Below are positions 25,307-32,000 of a DNA stretch of 32,000 bases, in pieces. The first letter of the stretch is position 1; each line of letters begins with the position of its first letter. The stretch is from Nitrosococcus oceani ATCC 19707 (GTDB lineage: Bacteria; Pseudomonadota; Gammaproteobacteria; Nitrosococcales; Nitrosococcaceae), in contig NC_007484.1 in assembly GCF_000012805.1 (NCBI RefSeq), forward strand, positions 810,001-842,000, written 5' to 3'. The notes beneath the pieces are model-generated. The model had not been told where the DNA came from, searched no databases, and saw only the letters and a list, made by a program, of their open reading frames with translations. The translations under genes were made by a program, and so were the position numbers.

Positions 25307-26233
25307 GTGATAATGTCTATGCAGGTTGGATTTAAAAGTGGAATCACATCAATCCTAATTTTGTCCGCACTGGTGGCTTTCAGCGCAAGGGCGGCGGAGC
25401 CAGAGGAAGAGGTACTGATTCAGTATAAGGATGTGGTGGTGACACCGGCGGATTTTCAAGCGGAGTTGGAAACGATACCGGAACAATACCGGGCCAATGT
25501 GGCCGCCAGCGGGGAGCGTATTCACCAATTACTGGACAAAATATTCGTCTACCGGGTGCTGGCCAGGGAAGCCCAGGAACAGGGTCTGGACCAAAACCCT
25601 GAAGTCCAACAGGAACTCAAGCTGGAGAAGGAAGAAATTCTAGGCAAGGCCCGCCTCCGGCAGTTGCGACAGCAAGCCCTGGCGGACAATCCGGATTTCG
25701 AGACCCTGGCTCGGGAGCGTTATCAGGCTAACCCGGAAAAATACCAGCAGCCGGAGCGAGTAAAAGTCTCCCACATTCTAATCAAGACCGAAGAGCGTTC
25801 CGAGGAAGAAGCCAAGAAACTGGCGGAGAAAGTCCGCCAACTAGCCCTCACGGAAGAAAAGCCCTTTTCGGAATTGGCCCTTGAGTATTCGGAAGACCCT
25901 TCTCTTGAAAAAAATAAAGGGGATTTAGGATTTATCGTTAAGGGCGTGACCACCAAGCCCTTTGAGGAGGCCGCCTTTGCCCTGGAACAACCGGGAGAGA
26001 TTAGCCCGGTCGTGAAAAGCCGGTTTGGATTTCATATTATCCGCCTGGAGGAACGGCAAGCCCCAAAAACGAAATCTTTTGAAGAGGTTAAGGAAAGATT
26101 GGTGGAGAAAATTAGAGAAACCCACTTGAACCAGGTGGTGCAAACTCATCTCAATCAAATCCGCAATGCCGAAGGCATCCAGATGAATCGGGAAGCCTGG
26201 CAAAAGCTGAAGCCAACACCTTCCGCCCATTAA
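25307..26233 (+). CDS. Periplasmic parvulin-type peptidyl-prolyl cis-trans isomerase (PpiC/SurA-like)
   Basis: A signal peptide is present (ILILSALVAFSARA). The rotamase domain is VKVSHILIKTE...GDLGFIVKGVTTKPFEEAAFAL...GEISPVVKSRFGFHIIRLEE. The start is ambiguous between GTG 25307, ATG 25313 and ATG 25319. Confidence 0.85.
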   Translation: MIMSMQVGFKSGITSILILSALVAFSARAAEPEEEVLIQYKDVVVTPADFQAELETIPEQYRANVAASGERIHQLLDKIFVYRVLAREAQEQGLDQNPEVQQELKLEKEEILGKARLRQLRQQALADNPDFETLARERYQANPEKYQQPERVKVSHILIKTEERSEEEAKKLAEKVRQLALTEEKPFSELALEYSEDPSLEKNKGDLGFIVKGVTTKPFEEAAFALEQPGEISPVVKSRFGFHIIRLEERQAPKTKSFEEVKERLVEKIRETHLNQVVQTHLNQIRNAEGIQMNREAWQKLKPTPSAH

Positions 26234-26244
26234 ATTCTCAATCC

Positions 26245-26918
26245 GTAGGGCGGGAAAGCGTTAGCGCATCCCGCCTTTAAGGTTATTCCATGGATAAGTA
26301 ACGGAGTCCGTGCCGCCTTTCGCCACCTTGCGCAATTTAATTATACTGCTCCTATGCCTCGATATCTCCGCGCTTGCGTTCCCGGCGGGACTTTCTTCTT
26401 TACCGTGGCCTTGCTGGAGCGGCAAAGCCACCTGCTGACTGAGCATATCGACGATTTACGCCTTGCCTTCGCCGATGCGCGTCGGCGTCGGCCTTTTACC
26501 ATCGAGGCTATTGTTATCCTGCCCGATCATCTCCATTGCCTCTGGACGCTTCCCCCTGGCGATAGTGATTTTTCGGTGCGCTGGCACGATATCAAAGCCC
26601 GTTTCTCCGCCCGGATTCCTCCAGGCGAGAGGCTTTCGGCACGCCGCCTGAAAAAGAGCGAACGGGGCATCTGGCAGCGACGATTTTGGGAGCACGTCAT
26701 CCGCGATGAGCGAGATTTCTGGCTTCATGGGGATTACATTCATTATAACCCGGTTAAGCATGGCCATACGGAAAAAGCCGCCGATTGGCCCTATTCCAGT
26801 TTCCAGCGTTTTGTGCAACGGGGTTTTTATCCGTTGAATTGGGCGGCAAGCGAGAAAGTATGTGATTTGACCATGGAATGACCTTGATGGCGGGATGCGC
26901 TTCGCTTTCCCGCCCTAC
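26245..26918 (+). mobile_element. RAYT locus: a Y1 transposase gene bracketed by inverted REPs
   Basis: The forward REP is at 26245-26275 and the reverse REP at 26889-26918. They lie 78 nt upstream and 7 nt downstream of the ORF. Confidence 0.85.
26354..26881 (+). CDS. REP-associated tyrosine transposase (RAYT; IS200/IS605 TnpA-like HUH Y1 enzyme)
   Basis: The HUH motif lies in ILPDHLHCLW. The catalytic Tyr motif is GDYIHYNPVKHG. The 175-aa size and the flanking REPs fit a RAYT. Confidence 0.85.
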   Translation: MPRYLRACVPGGTFFFTVALLERQSHLLTEHIDDLRLAFADARRRRPFTIEAIVILPDHLHCLWTLPPGDSDFSVRWHDIKARFSARIPPGERLSARRLKKSERGIWQRRFWEHVIRDERDFWLHGDYIHYNPVKHGHTEKAADWPYSSFQRFVQRGFYPLNWAASEKVCDLTME

Positions 26919-26944
26919 GCAAAATTATCTGGAGTTAGTTGATA

Positions 26945-28618
26945 ATGACGATTTACTTCCGTATTGCGCTGTTTGTCTGGCTGATTTTTGGGGGCGGTTT
27001 GGGGCTTGCCCGGGAGGGCCCGCCGGCGGCGGCAATTGCCAGCGCCCATCCCCTGGCTACCCAGGCAGGCCATGAGGTGCTGGCGGCGGGAGGGAATGCC
27101 TTTGATGCGGCTGTGGCGGTCAGCGCAGCCCTGGCGGTGGTGGAGCCCTATAGTTCGGGATTGGGTGGAGGTGGCTTTTGGTTGCTTCATCTTGCCAAGG
27201 AGGGCACCGATGTCATGCTTGACGGCCGGGAGCGGGCGCCCTTGGCGGCAACCGCCCGGATGTATCTGGATGAAACCGGCGCATTGATTCAGGGGGCCTC
27301 CATCGATGGACCCCTAGCGGCGGCCATCCCTGGCCAGCCGGCGGCTTTGGCCCATTTGGCGGAGCATTATGGCCGTTTATCCCTTGCTAAAACCTTGGCG
27401 CCGGCCATGGGTTATGCTCGGGAAGGATTTGAGGTAGATAAGCCTTACCGCCGCCGGGCGGCTTTTCGACTCCCGGTGCTTAAACGCTGGCCCGCCGCCG
27501 GTCAGGTATTCCTGGCCGATGGAAAAGTCCCCGTCCTGGGGGCGCGGATTAAGCAACCGGCTTTGGCGGCGACCCTGGAAGCCCTTGCCCAACGGGGCGC
27601 GGCGGGTTTTTACCAGGGGCCGGTGGCGGAAGCCCTGGTGGCGGGGGTGCGAGCCGCGGGCGGAATCTGGAGTCGGGAAGATTTGGCTCAATATCAAGTG
27701 GTGGAAAGAGCGCCGGTGCGGGGCCAGTACCGGGGCTTTAAAATTATCTCCGCTAGCCCGCCTTCCTCGGGGGGCATTGCCTTATTAACGATGCTGAATA
27801 TTCTGGCCGAGGAGGATCTTTCCACCCTGCCGGCCGCTACTCGCACCCATCTGATTATCGAGGCCATGCGCCGGGCTTACCGGGACCGGGCGCAGTATCT
27901 GGGCGATCCGGATTTTGTGGATGTTCCTGTGCAAAGGTTGACTCATCCCTATTATGGCGCTGGCCTGCGGGCCGGTATTCGCCTGGATCGGGCCACGTCC
28001 AGTGCTGATCTTCCCGGTATTCAGAGTCAAGATAGTGGACCCCATACGACGCATTTTTCTGTTATCGACCGGGAAGGAAATCGGGTTGCCGCCACGCTCA
28101 GTATCAATTACCCTTTCGGCTCGGGTTTCATGCCGCCCGGCACGGGAGTTCTGCTCAATGATGAGATGGACGACTTTGCGGCCGCACCTGGCGTGCCTAA
28201 TGTCTATGGCCTGATTGGCAGCCAGGCGAATGCCATAGCGCCGGGGAAAAGGCCCTTATCGAGCATGACTCCCACCTTCGTGGAGAACGAACAGGGGGTG
28301 TTGGTATTGGGAACGCCAGGGGGGAGCCGTATTATCACCATGGTGTTACTCGGAGTTCTGGAGCACGTGGCGGGGGCGGATTTAACCCACCTGGTTTCCC
28401 AGCCTCGCTTTCACCATCAGTATTTTCCTGATGAGGTGGAATATGAACCCCAGGCTTTTGCTGGAGAGCTTGTCAAAGACTTGCAAGCTCTGGGGCATTC
28501 CCTGTCGCCCCGTGAACGGCCCTGGGGGAATATGCAGGCGGTATTTTGGGACCGGGCGCGGAAGCGGGTTAAGGCGGCCAGTGATCCGCGGGGTGTGGGA
28601 GAGGCGGTGGTCCGCTGA
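26945..28618 (+). CDS. ggt: Gamma-glutamyltransferase
   Basis: The product has a signal/TM N-terminus, AHPLATQAG, SGLGGGGF, the autoprocessing/catalytic Thr region GPHTTHFSVIDREGNRVAATLSIN, and GTPGGSRI. An in-frame TTG at 26939 is an alternative start. Confidence 0.9.
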   Translation: MTIYFRIALFVWLIFGGGLGLAREGPPAAAIASAHPLATQAGHEVLAAGGNAFDAAVAVSAALAVVEPYSSGLGGGGFWLLHLAKEGTDVMLDGRERAPLAATARMYLDETGALIQGASIDGPLAAAIPGQPAALAHLAEHYGRLSLAKTLAPAMGYAREGFEVDKPYRRRAAFRLPVLKRWPAAGQVFLADGKVPVLGARIKQPALAATLEALAQRGAAGFYQGPVAEALVAGVRAAGGIWSREDLAQYQVVERAPVRGQYRGFKIISASPPSSGGIALLTMLNILAEEDLSTLPAATRTHLIIEAMRRAYRDRAQYLGDPDFVDVPVQRLTHPYYGAGLRAGIRLDRATSSADLPGIQSQDSGPHTTHFSVIDREGNRVAATLSINYPFGSGFMPPGTGVLLNDEMDDFAAAPGVPNVYGLIGSQANAIAPGKRPLSSMTPTFVENEQGVLVLGTPGGSRIITMVLLGVLEHVAGADLTHLVSQPRFHHQYFPDEVEYEPQAFAGELVKDLQALGHSLSPRERPWGNMQAVFWDRARKRVKAASDPRGVGEAVVR

Positions 28619-28652
28619 GAAGTAGTAGCGGGACCACCGGACCGGTTTAAAA

Positions 28653-31526
28653 TCAGCCCGTATTGCGCATCCCAGCCGCGATGGCATTGATAGAACGGAG
28701 CAGAGGATCAAGCCATGCTTCCCGCTCCTCGGGAGTGATTCGTGGATCGCGGGTGCGTTTAAGAAGAGTGAGTTGGATATGATTGAGGGGGTCCAGGTAG
28801 GGGTCCCGGCGTTGCAAGGACAGAGCCAGGGGAGGGTTCTCCTCCAGCAGGGTGTGGGCCCCCACGATATGGAGCACCTGGGTGACCGTGCGTTGGTACT
28901 CCGCGCTGAGCAGGGCAAAGATTTTCTGTCCCGTTTCTGGATCTAGGCACAAGCCGGCATATTGCTGAGCGATATGCAACTCGGCCTTGGCCAGGGACAT
29001 TTGGGTATTGCTGAGCAGGGCACGGAAATAGGGCCACTCTTCATACATGGTTTGGAGTTTTGCGAGCCGATCGGGCGCGCCAGCCCGCCATTTTTCCAAG
29101 GCGCTGCCGATACCATACCAGGCGGGAAAAGTATGCCGGGCCTGGGCCCAGCCAAAGACCCAGGGGATAGCCCGGACTGAGTTCTTGGAACGATCTCCTT
29201 TTTTCCGGTGGGGGGGGCGGGAGCCAATGTTCAACAGACCAATTTCATTGACCGGGGTGGCTTCATAGAAATAATCTTGAAAGCCGGACGTTTGTTCCGT
29301 GAATTCCCGGTAAGTCTGCTCCCCTGTTTCCACTAAAGAGTCTATGATACCGAGATAATCACGCTTTTCTTCCTGGGGAGGTTGGACGAGGCAGGTGCTG
29401 GCCTTAATCAGGCCACTGATACCCATGTTGAGTTCATAAATCGCGGTCTCGGGGTTACTGTAGCGGGAGGAGAGGACTTCTCCCTGTTCCGTGAACTTGA
29501 TTTGACCGTGGACAGTCCCCTGGGGTTGGGACAGGATAGCGTCAAAAGTTGGGCCACCGCCCCGGCCAATGGTCCCGCCCCGGCCATGGAAGATACGACA
29601 ATCCACCCCCCGGCTATCGGTGAGCCCGGTTACCTTTTTCTGGGCGTCATACAGTTTCCAGGAGGAAGCCAGGATACCGCCGTCCTTGCAGGAATCTGAG
29701 TAGCCAATCATGACTTCTTGCTGGTTGCCGGCGGCCTGTAGTAAGGCTCGATAGCTGGGATCATCAAGCAGGGCGGTCATGACCGGCTCGATATGCTCTA
29801 AATCCTCGATGGTTTCAAACAGGGGAGAGATTTGCAGACCACAATGCCATTGACCCCGCCGACGTCCAGCGAGGCCAGCAAGATAGCCTAGATACATGAC
29901 CTCCATGACATGACTGGCGGCATGGGTCATGGAAATCACATAATGACCGAAAACTCGGGGGCTGACCTCTTGGCGCATTTGCGCCATGACGTGAAAGAGA
30001 TCCAGTGTTTCCCGGGTAGCGGGGGTAAGCCGCTCCCGCTGGATGGTGGTTTCTTCTTCGCGGGCGAGTTGTTCGGAAAGGAGCCCTAGCCGTTCAGTTT
30101 CGGAAAGATCGAGATAGCTGGGATGCAGGTCGAGGTGTTTGACTAATTCCGCTACTGCTTCCGTATGACGGCCTGATTCCTGGCGAACATCCAGTTTGAG
30201 GAGGTAAAAGCCAAAACTTTCTACTAGGCGAATCAGATCTTGCAATTCCCCTGCGGCAATGTTGCCGTCACCATGGCTGCTCAGGCTGTCGCGAAGGAGG
30301 CAGAGATCCTCAAGAAATTTTTCCTCGGAAGGATAACCGACGCCTTGAGGGGGGGTGGGCTGGATTTCTGGCAGGAGATATCGTTCCACGGCCCGTAAGT
30401 TATCCATCAGGCGGTAGCGCATCAGGTAGAGTTTGCGCCGGTAAGGTTCGCGGCTAAAGCGGTCGGGATCGCCTCGAAAGGTCTCCGGGCAATCGCTCAA
30501 ATCTTGGTTAATGCTTTCAGTCAGGGCCGTTGAGGGCCTGATGAGAGGAATGGAATGGGTGAGAATGCGCGTTAATTTAGTAATGCAGGCGATATAATGC
30601 TGTAGGGCCATCCGCATTTGCAGCCGTACGGCCATGGCGGTGACTTCCGGCGTGACATTGGGGTTGCCATCCCGGTCTCCGCCAATCCAGGAGCCAAAGT
30701 GTAAAAAGCTGGGGACCCGGAGAGTGGTGCTCTCGGGCAGCATGTCGCCATAGACTTTGTTGATGGCTTCTTCTAGTTGGCGATAGGTTTCGGGTACGGC
30801 CTGGAACAAGCTAACTTTGAAATAAAATAGGCCGTTGATGATTTCGTCCTGGACCTGGGGCCGGTGGGCGCGAACTTCATCGGTTTTCCACAGGACCTGG
30901 ATTTGCCGTTCTAATTGGCGGTGGAGGGTTTCTTCCTCCCGCTGACTGAGGCGCGTCTCGTCCAGAAGTTTACTGGCAAGGAAGATTTTGCGGAGATGTT
31001 CCATCACCGTGCGGCGCTTGGCTTCGGTGGGATGGGCGGTAATGACGGGAATATAAGCTAGATTATCCAGCATAATCTGGAGTTGCTCGGGACTAATTCC
31101 GCTCTTCCGGAGTTCTCGTAGAGTCTCTTCGAAGGAGCCTCGCCAAAGAGGTCCGCCTGCATCGATGCGGCGTTGCCGTTGCCGGTGCTGGTAAGCTTCT
31201 TCGGCAATATTGGCGAGGCTAAAGTAGATGCTAAAGGCCCGCACGACCTGGGTGATCTTCTCCACATTCAGCGTGTCGATAAGGCGCAGCAACTGGATTC
31301 GCTTGTCAGAATTTTCTTTTTTGCGCAGGTTAATATAGCCCTTGCGCAAGGCCTCGACAGCGGCGAATACTTTTTCCCCGGACTGGTTTTGGATGACCTG
31401 GCCTAGGAGATTGCCAAATAGTTTGACGCGGGCGCGCAGTTCCTTATCCCGCCAGGGAGTGGTATTCCCTGTCTGATCTTGGAGCGCGGGGTTGGTTTCA
31501 GGAGTTTGTGGCTTCATAGATGTCAT
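28653..31526 (-). CDS. ppc: Phosphoenolpyruvate carboxylase
   Basis: The 957-aa product has VITAHPTE, GYSDSCKDGG, FHGRGGTIGRGGGP and the canonical C-terminus AAGMRNTG. Confidence 0.95.
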   Translation of the reverse strand: MTSMKPQTPETNPALQDQTGNTTPWRDKELRARVKLFGNLLGQVIQNQSGEKVFAAVEALRKGYINLRKKENSDKRIQLLRLIDTLNVEKITQVVRAFSIYFSLANIAEEAYQHRQRQRRIDAGGPLWRGSFEETLRELRKSGISPEQLQIMLDNLAYIPVITAHPTEAKRRTVMEHLRKIFLASKLLDETRLSQREEETLHRQLERQIQVLWKTDEVRAHRPQVQDEIINGLFYFKVSLFQAVPETYRQLEEAINKVYGDMLPESTTLRVPSFLHFGSWIGGDRDGNPNVTPEVTAMAVRLQMRMALQHYIACITKLTRILTHSIPLIRPSTALTESINQDLSDCPETFRGDPDRFSREPYRRKLYLMRYRLMDNLRAVERYLLPEIQPTPPQGVGYPSEEKFLEDLCLLRDSLSSHGDGNIAAGELQDLIRLVESFGFYLLKLDVRQESGRHTEAVAELVKHLDLHPSYLDLSETERLGLLSEQLAREEETTIQRERLTPATRETLDLFHVMAQMRQEVSPRVFGHYVISMTHAASHVMEVMYLGYLAGLAGRRRGQWHCGLQISPLFETIEDLEHIEPVMTALLDDPSYRALLQAAGNQQEVMIGYSDSCKDGGILASSWKLYDAQKKVTGLTDSRGVDCRIFHGRGGTIGRGGGPTFDAILSQPQGTVHGQIKFTEQGEVLSSRYSNPETAIYELNMGISGLIKASTCLVQPPQEEKRDYLGIIDSLVETGEQTYREFTEQTSGFQDYFYEATPVNEIGLLNIGSRPPHRKKGDRSKNSVRAIPWVFGWAQARHTFPAWYGIGSALEKWRAGAPDRLAKLQTMYEEWPYFRALLSNTQMSLAKAELHIAQQYAGLCLDPETGQKIFALLSAEYQRTVTQVLHIVGAHTLLEENPPLALSLQRRDPYLDPLNHIQLTLLKRTRDPRITPEEREAWLDPLLRSINAIAAGMRNTG

Positions 31527-31564
31527 TATAACCTGCCTAGCTGGGTGTCGGGCACCTGATTTGG

Positions 31565-32000
31565 TTAGAGGACGTTATTTTTGCAACTGAATTCCTGGGA
31601 AACGAGCTGCTGATAAAGGTCAAAATAGGCTTTAGCGCTAGTCTGCCAGCTAAAATTCTGCGCCATGCCAGTAAGGGCGAGCCGGCGCCATTGACGGCTC
31701 TGGGCATAGCAAGCCAGGGCCCGCTGGATTGCGGTCAGCAGGGCAGAGGGAGAGGATTCCGTGAAGGTAAATCCGGTGGCGAGTTCTTGCCGGAGATTTT
31801 TTTCGGTGGCATCTACGATAGTATCGGAGAGGCCACCGGTGCGGCGCGCAATGGGTACCGTACCGTAGCGTAAGGCATAAAGCTGGGTTAGACCGCAGGG
31901 TTCAAAGCGGGAAGGCATGAGAAAAATGTCGGCGCCGGCCTGAACGCCATGGGCGAGCCGTTCATCATAACTGATGGACACCCCTATTTGGTTTGGGTAG
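31565..32000 (-). CDS. glgA: Glycogen synthase, C-terminal part; the 5' end lies beyond the right window edge
   Basis: The GlgA signature is MPSRFEPCGLTQLYALRYGTVPIARRTGGLSDTIVD. The frame stays open from 31981 to the window edge (YPNQIGVSISYDE). Confidence 0.9.
   Translation of the reverse strand, partial: YPNQIGVSISYDERLAHGVQAGADIFLMPSRFEPCGLTQLYALRYGTVPIARRTGGLSDTIVDATEKNLRQELATGFTFTESSPSALLTAIQRALACYAQSRQWRRLALTGMAQNFSWQTSAKAYFDLYQQLVSQEFSCKNNVL

Noticed and set aside
8064-26918. Whether the recurring 30-nt repeat is a CRISPR array
   Set aside because: Copies are kilobases apart, occur in both orientations and are often paired as hairpins. There are no regularly spaced unique spacers. 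The pattern is REP/REPIN, not CRISPR.
28382-28918. A 178-aa minus-strand ORF spanning the convergent ends of ggt and ppc
   Set aside because: It overlaps two strongly supported genes out of frame and has no motifs.

Overview
The window reads as chromosomal DNA of roughly 50% GC from a proteobacterium. My impression is a gammaproteobacterium of the Nitrosococcus or Chromatiales type, but I cannot verify this without a search. There are four blocks.

(1) 1-8.1 kb is a tightly packed plus-strand glycan-modification operon. It encodes a CRTAC1-like FG-GAP/ASPIC protein, an FkbM methyltransferase, an 897-aa methyltransferase-sulfotransferase fusion, a second sulfotransferase and a GT4 glycosyltransferase. 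The operon is interrupted at 2.5-3.2 kb by a frameshifted tnpB relic and a low-GC segment.

(2) 8.5-13.8 kb holds a monoheme cytochrome c, a GT2/DUF2304 pair, and a minus-strand operon encoding a TPR-GT41 (SPY/OGT-like) transferase and a polytopic membrane protein.

(3) 13.9-20.9 kb is an Xps-ordered half of a type II secretion system: gspJ, gspK, gspL, gspM, an HR-domain GspC/N-like gene, then gspD. gspE, F, G, H and I are absent from the window. The secretin has a lipobox and a Gly/Arg/Phe-rich insert of about 130 aa. Downstream lie a Uma2 endonuclease, a structured non-coding repeat element and three exported hypothetical proteins, one of them split at a T6 run.

(4) 24.4-32 kb is housekeeping: DUF29, a parvulin PPIase, ggt, ppc and the 3' part of glgA. 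This block is peppered with a 30-nt REP (GTAGGGCGGGAAAGCG-NN-GCGCATCCCGCC) and contains a RAYT transposase bracketed by inverted REPs.

I saw no rRNA, tRNA or CRISPR array. I found no recognisable defence or biosynthetic system that I could call new with confidence. The most unusual items are the secretin insert, the chimeric fusion ORF, the unclassified repeat element and the frameshift site. All functional calls rest on motif recognition by eye, with no database search.
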